Source: Elusimicrobiota bacterium
GTDB lineage: Bacteria > Elusimicrobiota > Elusimicrobia > UBA1565
Assembly (NCBI GenBank): GCA_043819795.1
Contig: JBDREN010000205.1
Span: 1-58,134 of the forward strand
Direction: 5' to 3'
Length of the DNA: 58,134 bases
The translations under genes were made by a program, and so were the position numbers. Positions 28,079 to 38,308 of the stretch are shown here, piece by piece (the first letter of the stretch is position 1; every line of letters begins with the position of its first letter). Below the pieces are notes generated by a model. That model saw nothing but the letters and a program-made list of their open reading frames with translations, ran no database searches and was not told the DNA's origin.

Positions 28079-29689
28079 TCAGTCCGCGAATCGATATTGC
28101 TTGGTGGCGGCCTGCTTGCGGACGGCCTTCAAGACCGCCTGATCGAGCGTGAGCTCGCCGGACCCTTTGGACAGCTCTTCCTGCTTGGCCGAGATGTAGC
28201 TGTCGCGCTCCGCGCTCAGCTTCCGGATGCGCTCCTGGATCCCGCGCCGCCGCTCGATCCGCTCCTGGATGTATTTCTCCCGCTCGGGCACGCTCATGCC
28301 CCGCATGGGCTCGGGCAGCTCATCCTCCTCCAGCTCCCCGACGTCCTTCTCGCCGCTTTCCACGAGCGTGGCCGCGTCCCAGGCCGCGCTCGCGCTGTAC
28401 TGCTTCTTGGCCTTGAACATCGAGCGCTGCACCGCGGCCCCGGCGAGGCCGTGCTTCCCCGCCTGGGCGTCCTGCTCCTCCTGCCGGAGGCTCGCCTCCC
28501 GCCCCCCGCTGCCGTAGGGGATATAGGTCTCGTTGATATCGCGCCCGAGCCGCTCGATCTCGTCGTCCTGCGGGGCGCGCATCGCCACCACCTTCCTGTC
28601 CTGGTCGATGTTCAGGTACTCGCCGCCGCTTAGGTCGGCGCCGGCCTTCCACTGCGTCCCGATCCCCTGCTGGCTGTCGCCGCAGTAGACCGTGTTCACG
28701 AAGATGGACTTGGCCCGCGCCCGAGAGACGGCGTCACGGAAGTCGACCGGGCCCTGAGTGAACGGCTCGTTGCCCGCGATGAAGACGACTTTGTAGACGT
28801 CCGCCTGCGGGGCCCAATCGAGGCCGTCGACCGCGTCCAGGATCACGGCGCCGCAGTATTCGCTTCCGCCGTTCGTCCTGAGAGCGAACAGCTCCTCCGA
28901 GACCCGGTCGAGATCCGCGGTGAACGAAAGCACCTGGCGGATGAAGTCCCCTTTCACGCTGAGAGCGTTGTTGCCGTACTCGTAGAGAGCCACCCGGAGG
29001 GCCGGGGCCTCGCCCTCCCTCTCGGCCGAGGCCAGCTCGTTGACGATCCGCCAGAGCTGCGTCTTGGCCTGGGAGATCAGACCGTCCATGCTGTTGCTCG
29101 TGTCGAGCAGGATGGCGAGCTGCACCAGCGGCTTGCCGAGAAACGTCCCGGGCGTGGGCTTCGGGCCGGGCTCGTCGGGCCTGTCGGCCGTGGCGCCGGG
29201 CGGACGGGGCTCGTCCGTCCACGTCCGCCTGATCTTCGTCATGCGGGCGGCCAGAATCCGGCCAGTCGCGGCCTCTATGAGCCGCGCGTTGACCTCGGTC
29301 CGCCCGCGCTTGAGATCGTTGAGCGTCCCCGTCACGATGGCGCCCACGCCGAGCACCTTGCCGAGCTCATGGGTCGTCTTCTCGTCGATGAGGCCCGTAT
29401 GTCCGAGCTCCATCTCCGCGAGCATCTTCTCGAGGAGCTTTCTCTCGATGACCTCGGCCGCGCCGTCCTCGGCGAGATGCGTCGTGAGCCGCTCCTGGAC
29501 GATGGTCGAGCCGCTGCTCATGCGGCCGTCGTGGTACGGGAAGCTGAGGACCGCGATCTTGAGGTTCTCCTGGCCCTTCAGTCCCTTCTGGAGCTTGCGG
29601 GCGAGGCTCTTCAGGGAGCCGGCCTGCGCGGGCGCGGCCGCGCCCAGCGCCAATGCGGTCAACAACACAAGACGGATGCCTCTATTCAT
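28079..29689 (-). CDS. Secreted FlgO/CsgG-like + von Willebrand A domain protein
   Basis: Signal peptide from ATG 29689 (GGAG RBS); IAVLSF...VIERKLLE...LGKVLGVGAIVTGT...NARLI (FlgO/CsgG-like); MIDAS-type DTSNSM, GGSEYCG, FIAGNEPF. Confidence 0.8.
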   Translation of the reverse strand: MNRGIRLVLLTALALGAAAPAQAGSLKSLARKLQKGLKGQENLKIAVLSFPYHDGRMSSGSTIVQERLTTHLAEDGAAEVIERKLLEKMLAEMELGHTGLIDEKTTHELGKVLGVGAIVTGTLNDLKRGRTEVNARLIEAATGRILAARMTKIRRTWTDEPRPPGATADRPDEPGPKPTPGTFLGKPLVQLAILLDTSNSMDGLISQAKTQLWRIVNELASAEREGEAPALRVALYEYGNNALSVKGDFIRQVLSFTADLDRVSEELFALRTNGGSEYCGAVILDAVDGLDWAPQADVYKVVFIAGNEPFTQGPVDFRDAVSRARAKSIFVNTVYCGDSQQGIGTQWKAGADLSGGEYLNIDQDRKVVAMRAPQDDEIERLGRDINETYIPYGSGGREASLRQEEQDAQAGKHGLAGAAVQRSMFKAKKQYSASAAWDAATLVESGEKDVGELEEDELPEPMRGMSVPEREKYIQERIERRRGIQERIRKLSAERDSYISAKQEELSKGSGELTLDQAVLKAVRKQAATKQYRFAD

Positions 29690-29852
29690 ATCCACTCCAG
29701 CTCGCCTTCCTCCCGGCGGGACGCCGGCATGGCGCGCGTTTCGATTTGGACACCGGGCAGCGGCCGGAGTTCCCCCGGGGCGAGCCCGGTCCCCGCTATT
29801 TTTACTATATAATCCATCCCGAACCAAGCGTCCCCGCCGGAGGGGCGCTTGG

Positions 29853-30932
29853 TCAGAATCCGTCTGGCGGACTGTAATAGCCCCGGGACGCCAGCGCGGC
29901 GCGGACCTCCGCCCGGACATCGGCATCGGGATCGTCCGCGGCCCGCTTGAGCGCGGCCACCGCGCGCCGCCCCCTGAGGCGGCCCAGGGCCCGGGCCGCG
30001 AGCCTCCGGGTGCCGGCGTCCTCGTCATCGAGGAGCGCCGCCAGCGGGAGAGCCGCCCGAGACGCGCCCGACTCGCCGAGGACCTCGATGGCCAAAGGGC
30101 GGAACTCGGACTCCTTGTCGCCGGCGACGCCCGCCAGATAGTCGACACCGTTGTCCCTCCCGAGACGGGCGAGATAGCCGGCGGCGAGCAGGCCCTCGCG
30201 GTAGGCTCCCTCCACCTCCTCGATGTACCCGTCGAGCTTGAGAACGCCGATCGCCTCTCCCATGCGGGCCAGCCCGTAGGCGGCCATCACCCGGTCCGGC
30301 GACTTCGGGCTTTCGAGCGCCGCCCGCAGCGCGCGCCCCGCCTCTTGTCCCCCGAGCTCCCCCAGCGCCTCGTAGGCGGCCCGGGAAACGTCCTCGTCCG
30401 GCCCGGAGAGCAGATGGATCATATATTCCGCCGATTTGCCGTCCTTCAGGCGGGCGAGCCCCTCGAGCGCGCGTCGCACGACCAGGGGATCGCCGTCGAT
30501 CATCCCGCGACGCAAGGCCGGGACGGCCTTGATGTCGCCGATCTTGCCCAGCGCCCGGACCAGCTCGGCGCGCAGCGACTGGAAGCCGGCGGGCAGGTCC
30601 GCCTTGCGGAAGCGGCGCTCCAAGATGTACTCCCACGCCTCCAGCAAAGGGTCGGTGGCGTCCATATACCCCAGCTCCCCCAGCGCCCGAACGATAGCCG
30701 CCGTGATCCGCGGATCTCCGCCCGCCGTGTCCAGGCGCTCGCCGAGCGCGCGGGTGGCCTTCCTGCGGCGCGAGCCCCCGAGCGCGCGGATCATCAGCAG
30801 CCGCTCGGACACGGGCGCGGCCCCGGCATCGAGCTCCTTGAGCAGACGCCCGAGGCTGAAACGCGCGAAAGCGGTCCCCGGCGCCGACAGGATCAGGAGA
30901 GAGGCCAGGATGAGAGCGATGGAGCGGCGCAT
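29853..30932 (-). CDS. Secreted HEAT-repeat protein
   Basis: Signal peptide from ATG 30932; repeated RALGELG/ALGKIG/DxDxxVR units. Confidence 0.8.
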   Translation of the reverse strand: MRRSIALILASLLILSAPGTAFARFSLGRLLKELDAGAAPVSERLLMIRALGGSRRRKATRALGERLDTAGGDPRITAAIVRALGELGYMDATDPLLEAWEYILERRFRKADLPAGFQSLRAELVRALGKIGDIKAVPALRRGMIDGDPLVVRRALEGLARLKDGKSAEYMIHLLSGPDEDVSRAAYEALGELGGQEAGRALRAALESPKSPDRVMAAYGLARMGEAIGVLKLDGYIEEVEGAYREGLLAAGYLARLGRDNGVDYLAGVAGDKESEFRPLAIEVLGESGASRAALPLAALLDDEDAGTRRLAARALGRLRGRRAVAALKRAADDPDADVRAEVRAALASRGYYSPPDGF

Positions 30933-31026
30933 CGGTAATTTATTAACAAAGACCGAGCGCCAACACAAGCTCCGGCCCTCCCGATGGCCTTTATGGGCTT
31001 TGCGGGATTTGCTATTTTACATTTCT

Positions 31027-32601
31027 ATGCCTTCCACGCAGGCGCGAACGAAGCATTTCGAGCTGCTCCTAGAGGCCGGGAAGCTTCTCTCCTCGAAGCT
31101 CGACCTCAGCGAGCTGCTGAACACCATCATGCAGCTGGCGGCGCGCGTCGTCAACGCCGAGACTGCGTCGCTGCTGCTCGTCGACCCCGAGACCGACGAG
31201 CTCTACTTCGACGTAGCGCTGGGCCTCGCTCCCGAGGTCCACAACATCCGGCTCAAGATGGGGGAGGGCATCGCCGGCTCGGTCGCCCAGAGCGCGACCC
31301 CGATGATCATCAACGACGTCACCAAGGACCCGCGCTGGTCGCCGAAGATCGACGAGGACTCGGGCTTCAAGACCCGGTCCATCCTCGCCGCGCCCATCAT
31401 CCTCAAGGGCAAGCGCATCGGCGTCGTCGAGGCGATCAACCACATCGAGGGGGACTTCTCATTCACCGATCTGCGCATCTTCGAGGCCTTCGCCTCCCAG
31501 GCCGGCGTGGCCATAGAGAACGCGCGCCTCTTCTCCTCGCTCAAGGAGGAGAAGTCGAAGCTCGCCACGCTCCTCGACGAGATCCGCGACGCGGCGCTCC
31601 TGACCGACGCCGCGGGCGGCGTCATTCTCGCCAACGGCGCGGCGCGGCGCTTCCTGGGGGACTCGGAGGCCCCCGCCCGTTTCGAGACCGCCGTGGCGGG
31701 TATGAAGCTCAATCCCCCGCTCGAGCGGATCCTGCGCTCGGATGACGACATCGTCGAGTTCGCGGCCATCCGGGAGGAGCCGAAGAAGCTGGTCCTCGCG
31801 GGCACGGCTTCGCTGATTCGGGACGGGCGGACCGGCGAGACCAGCGGCCGCGTCATCGTCTTCCGGGACGTGACCGAGGAGCGGCACGAGGAAGGGCTCA
31901 AGCGCAATTTTCTCTCCCTGATCTCGCATAAGCTCAAGACGCCGCTGGCCTCGATCACGGGCTACAGCCAGCTGCTGCTCGACGACCTCAAGAAGCAGGA
32001 CGCCGGAGCCAACGACTTCCAGGTCAGCGCCCTCGGCACGGTCTACACGCAAGGCCAGAAGCTCAACGGGCTCGTGGACAAGCTGCTCAACTATACGGTC
32101 ATGGAGGAGCTCGAGGCGGCTGAAATCGATAAGAAGGGCTTCCCCGTGGACGACGTCCTGAAGCAGGCCGTCAAGGCGAGCCAGCCCTGGCTCCAGAACT
32201 GCGGGGCGAGCGTGGCGCTCGAGCCCGACTCGGGCCTCGCCGCGGTCGGCGACCCGGGGCTCGTGCGCGACGTCGTACGCAACCTCATAGAGAACGGCAT
32301 CAAGTTCTCCTCCGGAGAGTCGCGGAGCGTCTCGATATGGGCGACTCCCAGGAGCGGCGGCGTCGAGATCCACGTCCGCGACAGCGGCCCGGGCATCCCG
32401 CCCGAGGAGCAGGACAAAATCTTCCAGAAGTTCTACCAGATCGACGCATCCTTCACCGGCCAGGTGGAGGGCTGGGGTCTCGGCCTCTCCTTCGTCCGAA
32501 AAGTCGTCGAGAAGCTCGACGGGGCCGTCCGGCTCGAGTCGACGGTGGGGGCCGGCAGCACGTTCATCATCACGCTGCCCGTTGCCGAGACATGCGACTA
32601 G
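31027..32601 (+). CDS. Soluble GAF-PAS histidine kinase
   Basis: Start ATG 31027; GAF (GEGIAGSVA, TRSILAAPI, AIENARL), PAS-like (VFRDVTE), H box SHKLKTPL, NLIENGIKF, DSGPGI, GWGLGL. Confidence 0.92.
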   Translation: MPSTQARTKHFELLLEAGKLLSSKLDLSELLNTIMQLAARVVNAETASLLLVDPETDELYFDVALGLAPEVHNIRLKMGEGIAGSVAQSATPMIINDVTKDPRWSPKIDEDSGFKTRSILAAPIILKGKRIGVVEAINHIEGDFSFTDLRIFEAFASQAGVAIENARLFSSLKEEKSKLATLLDEIRDAALLTDAAGGVILANGAARRFLGDSEAPARFETAVAGMKLNPPLERILRSDDDIVEFAAIREEPKKLVLAGTASLIRDGRTGETSGRVIVFRDVTEERHEEGLKRNFLSLISHKLKTPLASITGYSQLLLDDLKKQDAGANDFQVSALGTVYTQGQKLNGLVDKLLNYTVMEELEAAEIDKKGFPVDDVLKQAVKASQPWLQNCGASVALEPDSGLAAVGDPGLVRDVVRNLIENGIKFSSGESRSVSIWATPRSGGVEIHVRDSGPGIPPEEQDKIFQKFYQIDASFTGQVEGWGLGLSFVRKVVEKLDGAVRLESTVGAGSTFIITLPVAETCD

Positions 32602-33998
32602 CTCTCGATGCCGGATCGCTGCGCTTCTCGGACTGGGCGCCCGCGCTGACCGGCGGCGACCACGCCGAGGCATTCCTGGAGGAGTCTCGGGGCTCCTCGA
32701 TCAGCTTCGAGGACTCCCGCGTCACGGAGATGTCCTCCGGCGCCGACTGCGGCGCCGGCCTGCGCTACCTCTTCAAGACGAAGGATCCGAAAGCGTTCGA
32801 GACGCTCCACGGCTCCCTCACCGGCCTCGACCCGGACGGCGCCCGGGCCCTCGCCGATCGCCTGCTGAGCGGCACCCCACGCACGCGGCCGCCGCAGGGG
32901 GGCGCTCCGAGCGTCCACCGCCAAAGCCTCTACCGGCGCCCGGGCGACGTGCCGGTCGAGGAGACGATCGCCCTGCTCAAGGGCATCGACCGGACGATCC
33001 GCTCCGAGTTTCCCTACATCTCGCAGGTGCGCCTGGATTACGCCGAACGGGAGAAGCGATTCGCCGTCCTCGACTCGAAGGGCTCCTTCCGCGCGGCCGA
33101 GCGCGTCTCGGTAATCTTCATCGTGAGCGTGACGGCCGGCAAGGACGGCGTCCTGCAGAACGGGCACGAGGTCATCGGAGGGCTCAAGGGCTACGAGTTG
33201 CTGACCGACTTCAACCCTCTCCGTGCCGGCCGCGCGGCGGCGCGCGCGGCCGTCGAGAAACTCTCGGCGCCGATCGCCGACGCCGGGGAGATGCCGGTCG
33301 TGCTGGCTTCCTCGGCGGGCGGCACGTTCATTCACGAGGCGATCGGCCACTCGCTCGAGGCCGACCACGTCCAGGAGGGGACCTCCCCCCATTACGCCGG
33401 CAAGGTCGGCCAGCAGGTGGCCAACGAGTTCCTCACGATCATCGACGACCCGACGCTCCCGTTCGCGCGCGGGTCCTATCCCTTCGACGACGAGGGCTGT
33501 CCCGCCCGGCCGACGCCTGTCGTGACGAACGGAGTGCTGACCGAGTACCTCTACGACCGGCTCTCGGCGATGCGGGACGGCCGCGAGCCGAACGGGCACG
33601 GACGCCGCGAGTCCTTCCGCCATCGCCCGCTGCCGCGCATGTCGAACCTCTACATCGCGCCGGGGCCGGACGATCCCCATAAGATCATCCGCGAGCTCGG
33701 CCGGGGCCTGCTCGTCACGAAGATGGGGGGCGGCGAGGTGAACACGGCCACCGGCGAGTTCGTCTTCGGGGTCGAGGACGGGTACCGGGTCGAGAAGGGA
33801 CAGATCCTGCATCGCGTCCGCGACGCCAACATGCTCGGCGTGGGGCCCGATGTCCTGCGGAGCATCGACCGCCTTGGGTGGGACATCGGCTGGGGCATCG
33901 GCACCTGCGGCAAGCAGGGGCAGGGCGTGCCCGTCGCGGACGGCCAGCCGACTTTGCGCATCCCGCGCCTACTCATCGGAGGACGCAAGCAACGATGA
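32592..33998 (+). CDS. tldD: TldD/PmbA-family metalloprotease (TldD type)
   Basis: HEAIGHSLEAD, DDEG, PRMSN, CGKQGQ; start ATG 32592 overlaps the kinase 3' end. Confidence 0.88.
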   Translation: MRLALDAGSLRFSDWAPALTGGDHAEAFLEESRGSSISFEDSRVTEMSSGADCGAGLRYLFKTKDPKAFETLHGSLTGLDPDGARALADRLLSGTPRTRPPQGGAPSVHRQSLYRRPGDVPVEETIALLKGIDRTIRSEFPYISQVRLDYAEREKRFAVLDSKGSFRAAERVSVIFIVSVTAGKDGVLQNGHEVIGGLKGYELLTDFNPLRAGRAAARAAVEKLSAPIADAGEMPVVLASSAGGTFIHEAIGHSLEADHVQEGTSPHYAGKVGQQVANEFLTIIDDPTLPFARGSYPFDDEGCPARPTPVVTNGVLTEYLYDRLSAMRDGREPNGHGRRESFRHRPLPRMSNLYIAPGPDDPHKIIRELGRGLLVTKMGGGEVNTATGEFVFGVEDGYRVEKGQILHRVRDANMLGVGPDVLRSIDRLGWDIGWGIGTCGKQGQGVPVADGQPTLRIPRLLIGGRKQR

Positions 33999-34468
33999 GG
34001 CGGCCCGCGGCGTGCGCGCTGATCGGCGCTATCGCGCTTTGTCTCGGCATGGCGCGCACCCCTCCGGGAAAGGAGGCCAATGACATGAAGGACGTCTCAC
34101 GCCTTATGGTCACCGAGGCATCCCCGTCGGGCTGGAACGGCCACGACTGCGGCGTCACGGAGCCCGCCGCCCGCGTCGTCGAAGACGCCCGGGAGTGGTC
34201 CTCGCTTTGGAAGGAGGCGTTCTCCGCCGAGGCGCCGCCGGTCGATTTCGAGAAGCATTTCGCCGTCGCCGTATTCCTCGGGCTGCGCAACACCGGCGGC
34301 TATTCGGCGGAGTTCCTGGCTCCGGTCGCTGACGAAGGCGCGGTCCGCATCCCCTATCGCGAGCGGGCGCCCGCCGCCTCGAGCTTCGTGATCCAGGCCT
34401 TCACGCAGCCCTACGCGATCCAGCTCTACCGGAAGACCTCGCTGCGCGTGAAGGTGGAAAGACTATAG
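33995..34468 (+). CDS. Exported PrcB C-terminal-domain-like protein
   Basis: ATGA overlap; signal peptide; VDFEK..VAVFLGLRNTGGY...QAFTQPY. Confidence 0.7.
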   Translation: MRRPAACALIGAIALCLGMARTPPGKEANDMKDVSRLMVTEASPSGWNGHDCGVTEPAARVVEDAREWSSLWKEAFSAEAPPVDFEKHFAVAVFLGLRNTGGYSAEFLAPVADEGAVRIPYRERAPAASSFVIQAFTQPYAIQLYRKTSLRVKVERL

Positions 34469-35184
34469 TGGTTCCGGCCCACGCCCTCATGCTCGCGCTG
34501 ATCGTGGCGCCCATATTCTCGGAGGCCTCGGGGCCCGAGCCCCCTCCCGCCGCGGGCGGCTGGAGGGCGACGCCCTCGTCGCTGCTGCTCTTCAACCATG
34601 ACGGCCGTCTCATCAACGAGATCGGCCTTGGGAGCTGGCGGGACGAGCTGGACGGCGGCCTCGTCTCCGTCCGCCGGATGCGCGGCGGCATCGCGGACGG
34701 CGGCCGATTCGCCTGGCACTGGCAGAAATTCGAGACCATCCGGACCGGGCAAGTGGACGAGGTCCTGGGCTCGACGAAGACGTTCGTCTATCTCGGAACG
34801 ACGGGGCAGCCGCTCTGGAGAGACGACGCGGTCGAGGCGCCGCCGCATATGGCCCCCGTCCTCCTGAGCCGCGACGGGGAAACCGCTCTGGTGATCGAGG
34901 CCAGGAAGGACGGCTGGACCCTGGCGGCCGTCTCGTTCACCGGCAACCGGATCATGGAGCTCGACGTCGCGGAGCGCCTCGAGAAAGTCTCGTTCACCTC
35001 CGATGGACGGTTCGCGATGGCCCTCTGGGGGGCCCTCGACGAACCCCTGATCTACAGCTTTCTGGACCTGCTCCGCAAACAACGCAAGGACATCCCCGCC
35101 GCGGACGCGCCCCTCGGACAGGCGCGCATCGACGAGGACGGCGTCGTCATCATCGGCGGAGAGGCCGCGTTCCGATTCCCTTGA
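34468..35184 (+). CDS. Exported hypothetical protein (beta-rich, possibly propeller-like)
   Basis: Signal-peptide-like N-terminus; LSRDG and FTSDGRF turns; coupled to both neighbours. Confidence 0.6.
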   Translation: MVPAHALMLALIVAPIFSEASGPEPPPAAGGWRATPSSLLLFNHDGRLINEIGLGSWRDELDGGLVSVRRMRGGIADGGRFAWHWQKFETIRTGQVDEVLGSTKTFVYLGTTGQPLWRDDAVEAPPHMAPVLLSRDGETALVIEARKDGWTLAAVSFTGNRIMELDVAERLEKVSFTSDGRFAMALWGALDEPLIYSFLDLLRKQRKDIPAADAPLGQARIDEDGVVIIGGEAAFRFP

Positions 35185-36764
35185 GCGCCGCCGCCCCGCT
35201 ATGCCTGGCGGCCGCGGTCGCGGCCGCGGCCGTGGTCCCGGCCGGCGAGGCCCGGGCCGACACGGCGGATATCCCTCCCGTAGAAGGCGCGCCCGCCGAA
35301 TCCGAAGCGGAGACGGCCGCCGGACGCAGGACGGCGGAGATCCTCGCCGAGGACCCCGGCGCCGCGGACACCCTCGCCGCGCGCATCCTGCGCTCCAGCT
35401 TCGGAAACCGGCTCGCCGAGTCCGATGACCCGCGCGAGGCGCGCCGCGATATCCGCGCCTGGATCCTCGCCAACCCCGAGGACGCGGCCGCGCTGGCCGT
35501 CGGATTCGCGAAGGACGACGCGCAGGGGACGCGGGTTTTCGAGAGGTCCCTCGATCGCCGGGTGAGGAGCTTCTTCGAGCTCAATCCCGACCGGCACAAG
35601 GGCCTGCTCGGACGGCTCGACCGCGCGGCAGCGATCTCCAAGACCATCGAAGGCCCGGCCGAGCTCGACGACGAAGAGCGGCGCGCGCTCATCGAGCGCC
35701 TGTTCGAGGGAGGATCCGCGGCCGCCGGAAGCGCGGCGGGGCGGCCCGGCGCGCCCGGCGGCGCGGAGCCGCCTCCCGAGCCGCGCCCCGCGACCTATGC
35801 GGGCGAGACGCTCTACGACCGCCTGGACCCGTCCAACCCGACCGGCTACTCGCCGGAAGTGATGGCGATGCAGAGCGAGATGAACCGGCGCGGCCCGCCG
35901 GGAGCGCCCAGACTCGTTGAGACCGGAAGGCTGGACTACCCCACGCTGCGCCATCCCTATCACGGCCTGCGCTACGACATCGACCGGCTTGCGCGCGCCT
36001 ACCGCGCCCGCCGCGCGCTGGAGCTCGCGCGCCGCCTCGGCCCGGGAAAGGAGAAGGGCTACACGGCCGGCCAGCTTCGCGAACCGGAGGTCCAGCGCGA
36101 GCTGGAAGCGCGGGCGGGCGGGCAGGACCTTAGCCCGGGGCTCGCGCGCCGCCGGCGCGCGCTCGAGCGCGCCGAGGCCGCGCTCCGCGACTTCGACGGC
36201 GAGGCGGCCGGGACCAAACGCCCGAAGGGCATCACGCGCGCCAGGCTCAGACGGCTCTCCAAAAAACGCGGCGAGGCCGCGCGCTGGATCGCAATCGCGT
36301 CACTGGAGGAGACGATGCAGCTGCTGGCGGGGCACCGGGGGTTTCTGACCCCCCCGCTGCGGGACGCCATCGCCAAGGCTCCGGTCGACGAGCGCATGCG
36401 CGAGAGCTACCTGAGGCGCGGACGGCGGCTGGAGGACGACCTGACCGCCGTCACGGCCCGGGGGAAGAAGGCCCTCACGCTCCTCACCGAGCGCGACGAC
36501 CGGGACTCGTGGTTAGATGCCGAGAGGCTCATCGGGGAGTTCCGGACGGCGGCGCGAAGCATCTCGGGCGAGGTCCGGCTCTACAGGGAGACCCCCCTCC
36601 AGCTCCTCAAAACCCGCGAGGGCGTCGGGCCCTGGCGCGCCCTGCTCGATGAATGGATACTCAAGCTACTGCCCGGCACCGGTCGCGCCCGGACAGCGCG
36701 CAAGCGGCGGGAGCGGGAGGCTTCCCTTCGCGCGGCGTTCGCGCGCATCGCCGACGGAATCTAG
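35181..36764 (+). CDS. Exported hypothetical helical protein
   Basis: 527 aa ORF, TTGA overlap, Ala-rich signal peptide; no family recognised. Confidence 0.6.
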   Translation: MSAAAPLCLAAAVAAAAVVPAGEARADTADIPPVEGAPAESEAETAAGRRTAEILAEDPGAADTLAARILRSSFGNRLAESDDPREARRDIRAWILANPEDAAALAVGFAKDDAQGTRVFERSLDRRVRSFFELNPDRHKGLLGRLDRAAAISKTIEGPAELDDEERRALIERLFEGGSAAAGSAAGRPGAPGGAEPPPEPRPATYAGETLYDRLDPSNPTGYSPEVMAMQSEMNRRGPPGAPRLVETGRLDYPTLRHPYHGLRYDIDRLARAYRARRALELARRLGPGKEKGYTAGQLREPEVQRELEARAGGQDLSPGLARRRRALERAEAALRDFDGEAAGTKRPKGITRARLRRLSKKRGEAARWIAIASLEETMQLLAGHRGFLTPPLRDAIAKAPVDERMRESYLRRGRRLEDDLTAVTARGKKALTLLTERDDRDSWLDAERLIGEFRTAARSISGEVRLYRETPLQLLKTREGVGPWRALLDEWILKLLPGTGRARTARKRREREASLRAAFARIADGI

Positions 36765-36788
36765 CGCCGCAGGCTTGCCCTGCGGTGC
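36764..36788. terminator. GC-rich hairpin between convergent genes
   Basis: GCGCCGCAGG-CTTGC-CCTGCGGTGC, 10-bp stem with one G-U pair; weak U tract. Confidence 0.4.
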
Positions 36789-36865
36789 TTACTCCTCCGT
36801 GTTATCGGGGACTCCGCCGCAAGAACGGCGTTGCCCTTCCGGCGCCCGGGACATGCGGCATCCGG

Positions 36866-38308
36866 TCAGAAGGAATACTCGAGCTGGCTGGCCCAGCGGT
36901 CGCACTTCCGCCACATCCCCAAGTTGCTGTCGGAGGGGCCGCCGTAGAACTCCAGGGAGGTCTTGAGGACGAGGCCGCTCCTGATGCGGTACCGCGCCCC
37001 GACCGCCTGGCTTTGGCCGCCGTCCACGCGGTCGTATACGAACGCGACGCTCACGGAGAGCTCGTCGCTGGGCTTGACCTCCAGCCTCCCGAGCCAGGTG
37101 TCCCGTCCGGAACGCGACTTCTCCGAGCTCTGGGCGTACCCGGGGTGGCTCTGGCGCCGAATGATGTCCTCCCAGGCGTACTCGAGGTCGCAGGAGATCG
37201 AGTCGAGCCCCAGCTTCAGCGCGATGTCGTCGAGCTTGTAGGTCCCGCCCAGAGTCGTGTTGACGAAATCGTCGTCGCGCCGGCGGGAGCCGCTCTGATA
37301 CAGGCTCTCGCCGTGAACTTCCAGCTTCTTGACGGTCGTGGAGAAGCCCGCGCTCAGATGCCAGAGCGGCACGTACTCCTTGGCGTAACTCAGGGATGCG
37401 AACGGGCCGATGGGCAGCAGGAGGGTCGGCCCGTCCTGCCGGAGCACGCTCTGCCGGGAGGTGCCGCGGAAGGCGGCCAGGAAGAGGTCCCAGCCGCTCA
37501 AGGTGGTCTTGGCTTTCATGAGGACCTGCGTGTGCCCGATGGCCGGCTTGGGATAGCGGTCCGTCATGGTGATGCCCTGCGAGGTGATGTAGTTGAAGTT
37601 GACGGCGCTCGGATCGCCCGGATCGGACTGACCCGCCCAGCGGGAGCGTTCGCTGGGGTATTTGCTGGGCTGGAACACGGGCATGTAGATCAGGCTCACG
37701 GACACCCGGCCCACCTGCGCGTCCGCCCCCGCCTGCCAGACTCCCATCGACTTCGGAGCGGTCGGGTCGTTCATGTCCTGCGGGTTGATCCGGTCGGAGG
37801 GGGAGTACAGGGTGCAGAGCCCCATCGGCACCTTCTTTCTGCCCAGGTAGACGTCGGCCTTCGGGAACTCCCGGGTGTAGTAGAGCTCCGCGACCTCCAG
37901 CCAGTTGCGCGCCCGCTCCGTGTCCCGGGGAGGGGTGATCACGCGCCCCATCATGTCCGGTCCCGTCGCCCCCTCGAGCCACCCGTTGGCGTCGAAGAGG
38001 TTGCCCCTCTCCGCGAGCTTGAGCTTGAAGTCGATCCCGGCCTCGAGGAAATGGTGCCGGGTGTCCTTGCCCTCCGCGTTGTTGTCGTAGAAGTGGCTGA
38101 TGCCGCGCAGCCGCGCCGTGCCCTCGAAGCCGTCCCGGAGCTTCCGTAGCGCCGTGGGCGGGACATCGGCCGCCCCCCCCTCATCGGTCGCCTCGACCTC
38201 CGTCTCGATCTCGTCGAAGAGGTTCTCGTAGTCCTCCTGCGAAGCCGCCGGCGCCGCAAACGACGCGCAGAGCAGGAATGTCCCAAGGACCGCGCGGGTC
38301 CGCGCCAT
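36866..38308 (-). CDS. Outer membrane beta-barrel protein (DUF1302-like)
   Basis: True start ATG 38308 (TGATG overlap with the MMPL stop); signal peptide; AELYY, LGRKKVPMG, SPSDRINP; C-terminal LEYSF. Confidence 0.75.
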   Translation of the reverse strand: MARTRAVLGTFLLCASFAAPAASQEDYENLFDEIETEVEATDEGGAADVPPTALRKLRDGFEGTARLRGISHFYDNNAEGKDTRHHFLEAGIDFKLKLAERGNLFDANGWLEGATGPDMMGRVITPPRDTERARNWLEVAELYYTREFPKADVYLGRKKVPMGLCTLYSPSDRINPQDMNDPTAPKSMGVWQAGADAQVGRVSVSLIYMPVFQPSKYPSERSRWAGQSDPGDPSAVNFNYITSQGITMTDRYPKPAIGHTQVLMKAKTTLSGWDLFLAAFRGTSRQSVLRQDGPTLLLPIGPFASLSYAKEYVPLWHLSAGFSTTVKKLEVHGESLYQSGSRRRDDDFVNTTLGGTYKLDDIALKLGLDSISCDLEYAWEDIIRRQSHPGYAQSSEKSRSGRDTWLGRLEVKPSDELSVSVAFVYDRVDGGQSQAVGARYRIRSGLVLKTSLEFYGGPSDSNLGMWRKCDRWASQLEYSF

